DNA of 64,000 bases from Tidjanibacter sp. (GCA_017631375.1 JAGBTK010000041.1:4419-68418), one strand, 5' to 3'. Shown: positions 30,346 to 41,406, numbered from the stretch's first letter. The notes: generated by a model from the letters alone, not told the origin. A program made the numbers and translations.

Positions 30346-31116
30346 TTATATCTCAATTGTTAATCCGTCATAGGCCAAGTGCATACCCTCGGGTAGCGTT
30401 GGCTCGACCTTGGTGTAAAGCCCTATCTCGTGGCAGCAGTGGGTGAAATAGACTCTCTCCGGTGCGACTCTCTCGGCAATGGCTATCGCCTCATTCAACG
30501 AAAAGTGCGAGGGGTGTGGTGTGTGACGCAAGGCGTTGATGATAAGCGTTCTAACCCCTTTGAGTTTCTCCACCTCCTCATCTGTGATGCTCTTAAAATC
30601 GGTCAGATAAGCTGTGTTGCCAAATCTGTAACCCACAACGGGCAAGAAAGAGTGCGAACCATAGACGGGAGTAAACTTCAACTCACCAACCGAGAAGTGC
30701 TCCAACGCATCAATCTCAATCAGACTCAGCACGGGAGCTCCCGGATAGCGATTCTCACCAAAGGCATATGCATAATCCCTGCGCATAGCCTCAGCAGTGC
30801 GTGCAGTGCAGTAGATGGGCATATCGTGACGCTTGAAGTAGTTGATGCTGCGTACCTCATCGAGACCTCCTGTATGGTCGCGATGCTCGTGGGTGAGGAG
30901 TATTGCATTGATATCCTCAATCTTGTGGTGCAACATCTGACCTCGGAAGTCGGGGCCTGCATCAATAACGACTCTCACTCCGTCTGCCTCAATCATCAGC
31001 GATGTGCGCAGACGGCTGTCGCGAGGGTCTTCTGAGGTGCACACCTCGCAGTGGCAGCCAATCATTGGTACACCTTGCGAAGTACCCGTTCCGAGAAATG
31101 TGATTTTTTTCTTCAT
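30346..31116 (-). CDS. MBL-fold metallo-hydrolase (PhnP-like)
   Basis: LGTGTSQGVP, CHCEVC, THEHRDH, AYDGL. Confidence 0.88.
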   Translation of the reverse strand: MKKKITFLGTGTSQGVPMIGCHCEVCTSEDPRDSRLRTSLMIEADGVRVVIDAGPDFRGQMLHHKIEDINAILLTHEHRDHTGGLDEVRSINYFKRHDMPIYCTARTAEAMRRDYAYAFGENRYPGAPVLSLIEIDALEHFSVGELKFTPVYGSHSFLPVVGYRFGNTAYLTDFKSITDEEVEKLKGVRTLIINALRHTPHPSHFSLNEAIAIAERVAPERVYFTHCCHEIGLYTKVEPTLPEGMHLAYDGLTIEI

Positions 31117-31175
31117 TTTGGTCGTGCAACTAATAATGCCTTATATACTTATCTGACAAACAAAGATATAAAAAA

Positions 31176-31202
31176 GAGGGCTTTTCGCAATGAAAAGCCC
31201 TC
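31176..31202 (-). terminator. Terminator of the POT transporter gene
   Basis: GAGGGCTTTTC...GAAAAGCCCTC with a T-run on the minus strand. Confidence 0.8.
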
Positions 31203-31225
31203 CAAAAAATTATCTGTTATCTCTC

Positions 31226-32902
31226 TTAGCAATCTGCGGTAGCCTTTTCGAGGCGTTTGAGAATCGAGAAGATAAAGAGTGCCGAAATCAAGCAGAGGCT
31301 AATCAGCAGAGTCCAAACGCCCCACAAAGGAAGCTTGTCCCACAACAGACCGGGAACGCTCACGAGGTAGTTACCGATAGCGGTAGCGGCAAACCAACCA
31401 CCCATCATCATACCCTTATACTTGGGAGGAGCAACCTTCGATACGAAGGAGATACCCATAGGACTGAGCAACAACTCAGCAAAGGTCAGCACGAGGTAGG
31501 TCGAGATAAGCCAGTTAGGCGATACCAAGTCGGGGCTAACAGTGCCACCCAACTCCTTGGGCGAAGCGAGGCCCATCGAACCGAGAGTCAAAATGAGGAA
31601 GCCCAAAGCAGCTACAACCATACCCAAACCAATCTTACGGGGAGCCGAAGGCTCTTTGCCTTTCTTAGCCAGCGAACCGAAGATAGCCAGCGAGATAGGA
31701 GTCAGAGCAACCACGAAGAAGGGGTTGAACTGCTGGAAGTCCGAAGGCTGGATGTTGATGCTGGGAGCCATACCTGCATAGAGTGCATAAGCACCACCCC
31801 ACAATGCCAGAGTAGCAATTGCCGAGATAGTCTTAGCCTTCTTGGTCTCCGACTGGAATACCGAGAAGAGGGTATAGATCGAGATGGCAATCAGTGCAAG
31901 CGACCAGATGTTAAAGCCGATACGGGTAAAGCCCTCGACATTCTGAGCGGTGTAGTCACGAGCGAAGATAGTCATTGTAGCACCGTTCTGGTGGAAAGCC
32001 ATCCAGAAGAAGATAACCACAGCAAATACCATCAACAGAGCAACGATACGGCTCTTGGTCTGCTCGTAGGTGAGCTCCTGAACGGGAGCTGCATTTGCGC
32101 TCTTGTCAGCCTTCTCTGCGCTTGCCTCGGTGTGCTTAAACCAGTTGCGGCACGAGAAGTAGATAGCAACCGAAACAATCAGCGAGATACAAGCAACAGC
32201 GAAACCGTAGCTGTACGAGTTACTCAGATTCTCAATATAGTACTGGCTGAACTGACCCAGATCCATGCCTGCTGCACCCTGCATCGAACTTGCCAATGCC
32301 TGCAATTTCTCGGTGTTCTCGGGGGTGATCACGCCATCCATATACTGGTGAGCGAGTGCGGGGATGTTTGCGTCGTAAACCAGGCCCTGTTTGCTGAGGA
32401 AGAAGTTGGTGACAGCCTTAGCCATCGAGGGAGCAAACATTGCACCGATGTTGATAGCCATATAGAAGAGGCTGAACGCGGAGTCACGCTTTGCTGCATA
32501 GCGGGGGTCGTCGTAGAGGTTACCTACCATTACCTGGAGGTTACCCTTAAACATACCGGTACCGATTGCAATCAGAGCAAGCGCACCAAACATCAAAACT
32601 TTACCCATAGTGTCGGGTGCGGTCGGGATAGCCAAGCAAGCATAACCGAGGAACATTACACCGATACCGAGGGTAACACACTTACCATAACCGATGCGGT
32701 CTGCTACCCAACCACCGAAGAGGGGCATAAAGTAAACACCGGCAAGGAAAATTGAATAAATCTGCGTAGCGGTTGCCGAATCAAAGCCGAACTTGGCCTG
32801 GATAAAGAGCAAGAAAATCGCCAGCATAGTGTAGTAGCCAAAGCGCTCACCTGTGTTGGCAAGTGCCAAAGCATACAAACCTTTTGGTTGTCCTTTAAAC
32901 AT
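31226..32902 (-). CDS. Proton-dependent oligopeptide transporter (POT/PTR, MFS)
   Basis: GERFGYY (ExxERFxYY-like), FYMAINIG, ELLLSPMG. Confidence 0.93.
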   Translation of the reverse strand: MFKGQPKGLYALALANTGERFGYYTMLAIFLLFIQAKFGFDSATATQIYSIFLAGVYFMPLFGGWVADRIGYGKCVTLGIGVMFLGYACLAIPTAPDTMGKVLMFGALALIAIGTGMFKGNLQVMVGNLYDDPRYAAKRDSAFSLFYMAINIGAMFAPSMAKAVTNFFLSKQGLVYDANIPALAHQYMDGVITPENTEKLQALASSMQGAAGMDLGQFSQYYIENLSNSYSYGFAVACISLIVSVAIYFSCRNWFKHTEASAEKADKSANAAPVQELTYEQTKSRIVALLMVFAVVIFFWMAFHQNGATMTIFARDYTAQNVEGFTRIGFNIWSLALIAISIYTLFSVFQSETKKAKTISAIATLALWGGAYALYAGMAPSINIQPSDFQQFNPFFVVALTPISLAIFGSLAKKGKEPSAPRKIGLGMVVAALGFLILTLGSMGLASPKELGGTVSPDLVSPNWLISTYLVLTFAELLLSPMGISFVSKVAPPKYKGMMMGGWFAATAIGNYLVSVPGLLWDKLPLWGVWTLLISLCLISALFIFSILKRLEKATADC

Positions 32903-33036
32903 AAATTAGTAATATTAAGTGAATAAATTTTGTGTCACTAAATGCAAATATAGCCAATTTTTGTTGTTTTCTTGCAAATTAGTTAAAAAAACCATACTTT
33001 TATTAAAATTTTCTATCACTATATTTTATAATAGAT

Positions 33037-35064
33037 ATGAGTAAACGTCTGGTAATCATTGAGAACGATGCTTGGTTGGAGCCTGTCGAAGGCGAAATTA
33101 AGATACGCTACAAACAGTACAAAGACCTCTTGGCAGATATCGAGGCCTCTTCCGGGTCGATAGTTGACTTTGCCAACGGCTATCGCTATTTCGGATTCCA
33201 ACGCGATGACAAGAATGGCGGTTGGTGGTTCCGTGAGTGGTTGCCGGGTGCTAAGGAGGTCTATCTCTTCGGCGAGTTCAATGGTTGGGATCGTACAAGT
33301 CTGCCGATGTTGAAGGATAGGCGTACTGGTGTGTGGAGTATCTTCCTTCATGACGATCAATACTATCTCCCTCACGGCTCTTTGTATAAAATCCTTGTGG
33401 TAGGCGACAACGGCACTCACGAGCGAGTACCGGCGTATGCTATGCGTGCAGTGCAGGATGATGTGACCAAAGACTTTACTGCCCAGATCTGGTTGCCTCA
33501 ACCATTTGATTGGGGCGATGACGAGGGATTTGATATCTCAAATATCGGTACGCTCTATATCTACGAATGTCATATTGGTATGGCACAGGAGAAGGAGGGT
33601 GTGGGTACTTATCGCGAATTTGCAGATGAGATTCTGCCCCGCATCAAGCGTATGGGCTACAATGCTATTCAGGTTATGGGTATTGCCGAACACCCATACT
33701 ATGGCAGTTACGGCTATCACGTTTCAAGCTTCTTTGCTCCCTCGTCGAGATTTGGTACTCCCGAGGATTTGAAGTATATGGTGCGTCGTGCCCACGAGCT
33801 GAATATCGCTGTGATTATGGACCTTGTACAGGCTCACTTCGTGAAGAACTTTAACGAGGGACTTAACGGTATTGACGGTACCGACCACTGTTACACCTTT
33901 GCCGGAGAGCAGAGTTATCATCCCTATTGGGACTCGATGATTTTTGACTATGGCAAGCGCGAGGTGCGTCACTTCCTGCTCAGTAATGTCAAGTATTGGC
34001 TCGATGAGTTCCATGTGGACGGATACCGTTTTGATGGTGTGACTTCGATGATTTATCATCACCACGGATATACCGAATTTGATAGCCGCGAGAAATTCTT
34101 CAATGACGATGTCTATCGTGACGGTATAACCTACCTCACTCTTGCAAATACGCTGATTCACCAGTATCGTCCCACAGCGGTAACTATTGCAGAGGATGTA
34201 AGCGGTATGCCTGGTATGTGTCGCCCTGCCGAGGAGGGTGGTGTAGGCTTTGATTACCGCCTTTCGATGGCAGTGCCCGATTTTTGGATTAAGATGATTA
34301 AGGATATCCCCGATGAAGAGTGGAATATCTGGGATATCTGGAATATCATGACCGACCGCAAACACGATGTCGGAACGGTGGCCTATTGTGAGTCACACGA
34401 CCAAGCTATGGTGGGCGACCAGACAATCGCTTTCCGACTGATGGGGCCTGCAATGTACGACTCGATGGATGTGGAGAGCAAGAGCCTTGTGGTTGACCGA
34501 GGTATGGCACTTCACAAAATGATTCGTCTGATTACACTTACTCTGGGCGGACAGGCATATCTCTGCTTTATGGGTAATGAGTTCGGTCATCCTGAGTGGA
34601 TTGACTTCCCTCGCGAGGGTAACGATTGGAGTTATAAGCATGCACGCCGTCAGTGGTCGTTGGTGGATGATAAGAATCTCCGCTACCACCAGCTCGGAGA
34701 GTTCGACAGAGAGATGTTGCGACTATCTCAGAGATTCGACATCCCTGCCCAGGGCTATGCTTGGCGACAGACGATGGATGTGGATAACAAGATTATGGCA
34801 TACAGCCACGGTGAACTGCTCTTTGTCTTCAATTGGCATCCAACGCGCAGCATCGTAGACTATGTTGTGCCCGTTCCGTGTGAGGGTCGCTATGCCACTA
34901 TCTTCTCAACAGATGAAGAGCGTTTTGGTGGCTTTGGCAGATTGACTGACGAGTTGCCGCACGATAGTTTTACCAAGAAAGATGCAGATGGCAACCTACG
35001 ACACTACATCCACATATATGCGGTGTGCCGTACTGCAATGGTGTTGAAAAGATACGATAAATAA
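33037..35064 (+). CDS. glgB: 1,4-alpha-glucan branching enzyme (GH13_8 type)
   Basis: FREWLP, IYECHIG, GYRFDGVTSM, IAEDVSG, ESHDQA, FMGNEFGHPEWIDFPR. Confidence 0.92.
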   Translation: MSKRLVIIENDAWLEPVEGEIKIRYKQYKDLLADIEASSGSIVDFANGYRYFGFQRDDKNGGWWFREWLPGAKEVYLFGEFNGWDRTSLPMLKDRRTGVWSIFLHDDQYYLPHGSLYKILVVGDNGTHERVPAYAMRAVQDDVTKDFTAQIWLPQPFDWGDDEGFDISNIGTLYIYECHIGMAQEKEGVGTYREFADEILPRIKRMGYNAIQVMGIAEHPYYGSYGYHVSSFFAPSSRFGTPEDLKYMVRRAHELNIAVIMDLVQAHFVKNFNEGLNGIDGTDHCYTFAGEQSYHPYWDSMIFDYGKREVRHFLLSNVKYWLDEFHVDGYRFDGVTSMIYHHHGYTEFDSREKFFNDDVYRDGITYLTLANTLIHQYRPTAVTIAEDVSGMPGMCRPAEEGGVGFDYRLSMAVPDFWIKMIKDIPDEEWNIWDIWNIMTDRKHDVGTVAYCESHDQAMVGDQTIAFRLMGPAMYDSMDVESKSLVVDRGMALHKMIRLITLTLGGQAYLCFMGNEFGHPEWIDFPREGNDWSYKHARRQWSLVDDKNLRYHQLGEFDREMLRLSQRFDIPAQGYAWRQTMDVDNKIMAYSHGELLFVFNWHPTRSIVDYVVPVPCEGRYATIFSTDEERFGGFGRLTDELPHDSFTKKDADGNLRHYIHIYAVCRTAMVLKRYDK

Positions 35065-35082
35065 TTAGCTGACGATAAGCGA

Positions 35083-38000
35083 TTAACGAGGCTTCACCTC
35101 AACTACTTCACCGAGGGTTACATACCAAATGTAGCCTTCGGTTTTTTTGTAGCCCATCTGGTAGAGGAGTGTCATATATTTTCTTATCTGCTCGACGTAG
35201 CTCTCCTTCTGATGGCGACCGAACTTGTAGTCCACAACCACGCACCTATCCTCCGAAATCATTACTCGGTCAGGACGATTGGTCTTACCTACGGGCAATA
35301 GAATCTGATGCTCGTTGCGTATAGTTCTCCACTCCCCGTTAAACCACTCGGCAATTTTAGGGTCGGTAAGAGCCGTGTTGATACGACTATTGAGCATCAC
35401 ATACTCCTCTTCGCTGATTGTTCCCTCCAATGCAGCTAACTCCAGTTCCTGGAAGATATCTTCTGAGGTGAGGGCTTGCGAGAAGATTTTGTGGAGCAAA
35501 ATACCGGTATTGAGCGGATGAAGACGCGCAATCTCTCCATCATCCATATATCGCTCGGTGGAGAATTTTATTAGAATTTTATCCCAGGGCAGGGTGGTGG
35601 AGAAACCGATATCGGAGTAATCCATATTATCGTCATCGCTCTCTACTATGTTTCCCTCCGCTCTTTTTTGTGCCTCCTCATTGCGTTTTCTCTCCTCCTC
35701 TTCTGCTCGTTCCGCATAGAAATCTAAGGGTGAGCCGTGAGTATAGAATTTCTCCTCAACAGCCTCTGCATTCTGATATTGGGATTTCTCATCCTCAAAT
35801 GTGAGTTCTGGGATGGGCAGTAGTGTGGGAGGAGCAATGTTGCCATTCTCTTCCATTTTCGCAAGCGCATCTCTGACAAATGCATTGATTTTACTGCGCT
35901 CCGCTTTCATAGAGAGCGGTGCAACTATCAGATGAAGTTCATATTTTGCTCTGGTGAGTGCTACATAGAGCAGATTGAGGTTGTCTATATATGCCAATGC
36001 CTGCTCCTCGTAGAAACTCTCAGCAAAATGTGAGTAGCCCATACTCTTCTCGTGGTTGACGGGGAAATGACTCAACCCCTCGTTGTTTTTGTTGAGTTTA
36101 GGCCAAACATAGGTTGTGAAGTGTGTAGATGTGGAGACATCCCAATTACACCCGTCAAGAATTACAACTCCAAAAGCAAGACCTTTGGACTTGTGAATAG
36201 TGGTAACCGTGATTGCATTTGCTCCCGAAGGCATTGTGATAGACTCGTCAGCACCGTGCTCTTCCCACCACTCCACAAACAAAGCAAGGTCGGCTATGCG
36301 TCGCTTTGAGTAACCGATGACCTGCTCGTGAAGGGCTTGCAGATAGGCGTGGTTCTCCTTTTGGAGGTGGAGCTTGTAGTGTAATACAATCTCCTCAAAT
36401 GCCTCTTGCAGTGGCAGTGAGCGCAGGCGAAGATAGAATTGCTGCTCCGCCTCGGGAAGTGGCAGAGCGAGGTTGTATCCGCAACGCTGCTTAATAATTG
36501 CCTCGCTTATGGCATCGTCAGGCGAAATGGCAAACTTCATCGCAGCAATCACTCTGTGGCAGACATCGGCACTGCCCACCTTCAGCGCAGTCTGTGTAAT
36601 CACATCAAAAGTGTAAGGCGACTCGGGGTGGAGCGTCTTATAGCGTAGAAGCAGATCGGCAACCCTCTCTGAATGTGGGTTTGTGCGTACCAAAATTGCA
36701 ATATCGCTTGCGCGATAGCCACGACTTTGCAGATCGATAATCTGCTTTATAATTGGGTGCTCTTCAATGTGGTATTGACGGTGTGTACAAAGGGTTGCAG
36801 TAACATAACCTTTTTTTTGCGTGGTGATATTCTGACAGTGATCGGTATATGCCGTGGTGACCATATTGTGATATTGCTTCGCCCAGCTATCGGATATAAA
36901 GCCACTCTCAACACCATTTTGCAGCATAGTGTTAAGTTCGTTATTGATCAGTTGCTTGTATGCGTCTATAAAGTCGTTATTGAAGTCCACAATCTCCTTA
37001 CGACTACGATAATTATCGTCAAGAGGAGATGCCTCAATCTCTCGGAACTCTTGCTTTGCTTTTTGGCCAAGAAGTGTCCAGTCGCCACCTCGCCAACGAT
37101 AGATAGATTGTTTGACATCACCTACAAGCAATACGGGAGTATCCTCGCTCTGCGATATGGCGTTTTGGAGTAGCGGCAGGAAGTTGTTCCACTGCACGGC
37201 ACTCGTATCTTGGAACTCATCAATCATAAAGTGTGAGTAGCGATTGCCCACCTTTTCAAAGATAAAGGGTGCATCGTTGCCCTTGATAAGTTCGGCGATA
37301 ATGTTTGTCACTTCCGAGATGGGAAGGATATTTTCCTCCTCGCACACCTTGTCAATGCGTTTTCCGAGGTCGATGATAAGGCCATAGGTGCGATAGTGCT
37401 TCTCGATCAGTGCAGCAGTGTTGGTAGCCGCTTGAGTTTCACGCATCGCCTTTGTGAGTTTCTCTATATGGTCACAGAGCAGGGTGGTGTCACTTACCGA
37501 ATATCTGCTATTGTATTTGGAAGCTAACCACAAACCCTCATTCAGAGTCTTTTTTACATATGAATTGGTATCTTTGAATCCGCCTTCGATTGCGGTTGTG
37601 AGAAAACCTGCCATACCTCTCTGACCCTGATATAACATATCGAGTGATATGCCGTCAGTGTCAAGCAGTCTGATAACCTCTTCGGCGATTGCTCTTTGAT
37701 TCTGTTTACACTTCTCTACTTCTGCATAAGCTCCTCGGTGGAGTGTCACGAGCGACAGGCGAGCATTGTCACCTATGGTCAGCGAACGGTAATTCTCAGT
37801 AAATAACTGCTTGCCGAGATCGGTAATCTTCTGCTTCAAGTCGAGCTGTCTGCCCTCCTCGATGTTCTCGTTGAGAAAGGCAAATGCCCAATCTCGCAAT
37901 TGTTGGTCGGTGGCCAGATCCTCAATCAGTCTGTCTGCTCCGAGATCGAGCAGAGTGTCGGTCTTCAGCTCGAGATTGTAGTTTATATCGATGCCGAGCT

Positions 38001-38361
38001 CGCGGACAAATGAACGCACAATGCGCTGAAAGAACTTGTCGATAGTAAGTATCGCAAAGCTGTCGTAGTCGTGGAGAATCTTGTTGAGCACCTCACCGGC
38101 ACGCTTTATTATCTCGGCTTTTGGCATACCGCTATTTTTTAGGACACTATCCATAAAGTCGTCCTCTTTTCCGCAAGCCAGATTGTTGATATTGCCGAGG
38201 ATACGCCCCTTCATCTCCTCAGTTGCCTTATTGGTGAAAGTAACAGCAAGGATGTGGCGATATAGGTTAGGCTCTCGGAGCACACGAGTTATGTACTCGA
38301 GTGCAAGTCGATAAGTCTTACCACTGCCTGCCGAAGCACTTACTATGTTAACCTTTCCCAT
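35083..38361 (-). CDS. AddA/RecB-like UvrD helicase-nuclease
   Basis: ASAGSGKT, TFTNKAT, DEFQDTS, GDVKQSIYRWRG, TIHKSKGL, YVALTRA, C-terminal RPDR..VDYKFG. Confidence 0.9.
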   Translation of the reverse strand: MGKVNIVSASAGSGKTYRLALEYITRVLREPNLYRHILAVTFTNKATEEMKGRILGNINNLACGKEDDFMDSVLKNSGMPKAEIIKRAGEVLNKILHDYDSFAILTIDKFFQRIVRSFVRELGIDINYNLELKTDTLLDLGADRLIEDLATDQQLRDWAFAFLNENIEEGRQLDLKQKITDLGKQLFTENYRSLTIGDNARLSLVTLHRGAYAEVEKCKQNQRAIAEEVIRLLDTDGISLDMLYQGQRGMAGFLTTAIEGGFKDTNSYVKKTLNEGLWLASKYNSRYSVSDTTLLCDHIEKLTKAMRETQAATNTAALIEKHYRTYGLIIDLGKRIDKVCEEENILPISEVTNIIAELIKGNDAPFIFEKVGNRYSHFMIDEFQDTSAVQWNNFLPLLQNAISQSEDTPVLLVGDVKQSIYRWRGGDWTLLGQKAKQEFREIEASPLDDNYRSRKEIVDFNNDFIDAYKQLINNELNTMLQNGVESGFISDSWAKQYHNMVTTAYTDHCQNITTQKKGYVTATLCTHRQYHIEEHPIIKQIIDLQSRGYRASDIAILVRTNPHSERVADLLLRYKTLHPESPYTFDVITQTALKVGSADVCHRVIAAMKFAISPDDAISEAIIKQRCGYNLALPLPEAEQQFYLRLRSLPLQEAFEEIVLHYKLHLQKENHAYLQALHEQVIGYSKRRIADLALFVEWWEEHGADESITMPSGANAITVTTIHKSKGLAFGVVILDGCNWDVSTSTHFTTYVWPKLNKNNEGLSHFPVNHEKSMGYSHFAESFYEEQALAYIDNLNLLYVALTRAKYELHLIVAPLSMKAERSKINAFVRDALAKMEENGNIAPPTLLPIPELTFEDEKSQYQNAEAVEEKFYTHGSPLDFYAERAEEEERKRNEEAQKRAEGNIVESDDDNMDYSDIGFSTTLPWDKILIKFSTERYMDDGEIARLHPLNTGILLHKIFSQALTSEDIFQELELAALEGTISEEEYVMLNSRINTALTDPKIAEWFNGEWRTIRNEHQILLPVGKTNRPDRVMISEDRCVVVDYKFGRHQKESYVEQIRKYMTLLYQMGYKKTEGYIWYVTLGEVVEVKPR

Positions 38362-38479
38362 TTGTCCGATTTTTGTTAGACCGATGCGATAAAAGTAGTA
38401 AAAAACTCTGAAATATACCTTTTCTATTGCTTTTTTTTCAGAAAAAACCTACTTTCACATCGGAAATAGATGTTGGCGT

Positions 38480-41377
38480 ATGGAGTGTAGTTTTTTGTCG
38501 CTTGTGGCTAAGGATTTGTTGTCGCGCTATGATGATACCATTGCGGATTTTCGTTTTGTGTTTCCTAATAGCCGTACTCGTATTTTCTTCCTCGACGAAC
38601 TTACCCGTTTGCTCAGTCGCCCTCTTTGGCAACCCCACTTCTGCTCGGTGGATGATCTGTTTTGTTCTATAAGTGGTCTGCAACACGCTGAGCGATTGGT
38701 GTCTGTGGTTGAACTATACAAGTGTTATAGTAATTATCATAAAGAGGATTTCTCCTCATTCTACTTCTGGGGTGAGATGCTGCTCTCGGATTTTGACTCT
38801 AACGATAAACACCTTATTGATGCGGAGGCACTCTTTACAAATCTTAACGATTTGAAGACCATTGATGCCCGACTGAGCTATCTGACTTCTGAACAGATTG
38901 CCATTATTAAGAGGTTCTGGTCGTCGTTTGTTGACAAGGCTGCACTCTCGAACGAAAAGAGAGAGTTTCTGAACATTTGGCAGACACTATATTCAATCTA
39001 TTGCGAGTTCGGCAAGGCTTTGTCCGGTAAGGGTCTGGCTTATACGGGACAGATGCAGCGCAGAGCGGTTGAGATTATACGAGACGGTGGTGGTCTGGAT
39101 AGCAATGGCACACACTATGTTGTTGTCGGGTTCAATGCTCTTGCCGAGACCGAAAAGGAGCTGTTTAAATATCTGAAACGCAATTTTGAGGTTGATTTTT
39201 ATTGGGACTACGACCCATATTTTCGCGATGATGTGCATCAGGAGGCAGGTCTGTTCGTGAGAGAAAATCTCTCTCTGTTCCCTGTACCCGAGGGATTTGA
39301 TCCGGGCGATAATTTCCGCAAGTCAAAGAACATTACAGCCGTTGCTGCTGCATCCAACTCGTTGCAGTGTAAATATGTCGGTAGTGTGTTGAAGCATCTG
39401 GCCGATAGGGGCAGTGCGCTCGATAAACGAACTGCGATAGTCTTGGCAGATGAGAATCTGCTCGTCCCGTTGCTCTATTCGCTTCCCGATAAGGTGGAAA
39501 AGAGCAATATTACTATGGGTTATCCCCTGCGCCAGAGCCTTGCATATAGTTTTACGGACAGGTTGTTGAATCTGCAAAAGCGTGTTCGCAGATCGTCAGA
39601 GGGTGCCGTGTCGTTCTATCATAGCGATGTGACGGGTATCCTCACGCACCCCTTTATGTTGTCGGCTCAGGCTGCCGATGCAGATACTCTATATAAGAAG
39701 GTGATATCAAATGGCAGAATCTATGTGGAGGGGTCGCTGCTGAAAGAGTATGGCGGGTTGATTGACAATATCTTCACTCCATGTGATACTCCTGCCGAAC
39801 TGACCGCTTATATCTGTCGTATTCTCTCATCGCTTGACGAGAGTATAGTGATTGATGTGGCAGATGAGGCTGACCGCAGACAGGCGATGTTGCAGCGAGA
39901 GTATTTCGTGCGTATTATAGAGACGCTTGGTCGTTTGCACCGCTCGCTTAGTGGTTGTGGTGTTGAGATAGATAATGTCACCTATTCGACCCTTATTCGT
40001 CGATTGTTGCAGTCGCAAAGCGTGCCTTTTGAGGGTGAGCCGCTTGAAGGATTGCAGATTATGGGTGTGCTTGAGACCAGAAATCTTGACTTTGATAATG
40101 TGATAATACTCTCGATGAATGATGATATGTTCCCCGGCACCCGCTCTGCATCGTCATCATTTATCCCGCACAATCTGCGTTTTGCTTACGGTATGCCCAC
40201 CCGAGAATATCAAGAGGGTGTCTATGCATACTACTTCTATAGACTGATTTCTCGCGCTCAAAGAGTGGAAATGGTATATTGCTCAAGCTCAGACGATGGC
40301 TCGACAGGCGAGCAGAGCCGATTTATCTACCAACTTGACTATGAGTCGCCTCATAAGGTCACTCACCGCGAATTGTCGGTGGATGTGACTATGGCACAGG
40401 GTAGCGAGGTGCAAATCGAGAAGGACGAAATGGTTATGGCTCGTTTGAGCGAGTATCTGTCTGGTGGCAAGAGGAGGTTGTCGCCGTCGTCGTTTAATGT
40501 GTTGTTGGAGTGCCCGATGAAGTTCTACTTGCACTATGTGGCCGGTATTGCTCGTCGTGAGGAGATTAGCGAGGAGATTGATACGCCGATGTTTGGCACA
40601 ATCCTGCACGATGCTATGCAAACTCTCTATACCCCTTTTATCGGCATACATAACCCCTCAGCTGCCATCGCGGCAATTACTCCAAAAGAGATAGATGCTG
40701 CAATTGAGGATGCAGTGCGTAAGAATCTGCTGGGTGGCGTGAGTGGTGTTACCGCTGCGGAGTTTACGGGACAGGTACAGATGAGTTGTGAGGCTGTACA
40801 TAAATATATTAAGAATAACATTCTCCCATACGATGCTGCTCAGTGTGGTTTTACTATCTCTCTTCTGGAGCAGCCTGTTAGTGCAGAGTTTGAGTTTGAG
40901 TGTGGTGGCAAGCCGTTGAGTGTCCGATTTGGCGGTAAGATGGACCGTATGGATATCCTTGACGGAGGTATGCTGAAAATTATCGACTATAAGAGTGGCG
41001 CTAACCATCTTGAATTTAAGGGATTGGCAGATCTCTTCTCCGATATGCCTGAGAAGTGGAGCGGGGCAGTGGTGCAGACTATGCTCTACTCGCTGATGGT
41101 GAGTCGTATGCAAAAGGCGGGTAAGGTCGTTGGTGATGATGTATGCCCTGCACTCTACTATGTGAAGCAGATGCACCAGACTAACTACTGCGACCTGCTG
41201 AAAGACCTGTTGCAGGGTGTGCGCGTGGAGCGATATTCGGACTATCGTGAGGAGCTCGAAGACTATATTGCTCAACGCTTGGCACAACTCTTTGATGCAA
41301 CTATTCCCTTCCGTCAGCGTGAGGATGCAACCAATGTCTGTCCCTCTTGTGAATACCGACATATTTGTAACAGATAA
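38480..41377 (+). CDS. AddB-like PD-(D/E)XK nuclease with degenerate helicase N-terminus
   Basis: LQIMGVLETRNLDF, LSPSS..CPMKF, GKMDRMD..IIDYKSG, C-terminal CPSC..C (Fe-S staple). Confidence 0.87.
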   Translation: MECSFLSLVAKDLLSRYDDTIADFRFVFPNSRTRIFFLDELTRLLSRPLWQPHFCSVDDLFCSISGLQHAERLVSVVELYKCYSNYHKEDFSSFYFWGEMLLSDFDSNDKHLIDAEALFTNLNDLKTIDARLSYLTSEQIAIIKRFWSSFVDKAALSNEKREFLNIWQTLYSIYCEFGKALSGKGLAYTGQMQRRAVEIIRDGGGLDSNGTHYVVVGFNALAETEKELFKYLKRNFEVDFYWDYDPYFRDDVHQEAGLFVRENLSLFPVPEGFDPGDNFRKSKNITAVAAASNSLQCKYVGSVLKHLADRGSALDKRTAIVLADENLLVPLLYSLPDKVEKSNITMGYPLRQSLAYSFTDRLLNLQKRVRRSSEGAVSFYHSDVTGILTHPFMLSAQAADADTLYKKVISNGRIYVEGSLLKEYGGLIDNIFTPCDTPAELTAYICRILSSLDESIVIDVADEADRRQAMLQREYFVRIIETLGRLHRSLSGCGVEIDNVTYSTLIRRLLQSQSVPFEGEPLEGLQIMGVLETRNLDFDNVIILSMNDDMFPGTRSASSSFIPHNLRFAYGMPTREYQEGVYAYYFYRLISRAQRVEMVYCSSSDDGSTGEQSRFIYQLDYESPHKVTHRELSVDVTMAQGSEVQIEKDEMVMARLSEYLSGGKRRLSPSSFNVLLECPMKFYLHYVAGIARREEISEEIDTPMFGTILHDAMQTLYTPFIGIHNPSAAIAAITPKEIDAAIEDAVRKNLLGGVSGVTAAEFTGQVQMSCEAVHKYIKNNILPYDAAQCGFTISLLEQPVSAEFEFECGGKPLSVRFGGKMDRMDILDGGMLKIIDYKSGANHLEFKGLADLFSDMPEKWSGAVVQTMLYSLMVSRMQKAGKVVGDDVCPALYYVKQMHQTNYCDLLKDLLQGVRVERYSDYREELEDYIAQRLAQLFDATIPFRQREDATNVCPSCEYRHICNR

Positions 41378-41406
41378 TCATATACTAACCTAAAAAACAT
41401 TTAACT

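Noticed and set aside
35083-41377. Helicase + nuclease pair as an anti-phage defence system
   Set aside because: Motif order and sizes fit housekeeping AddAB-type recombination enzymes, and there is no defence-island context.
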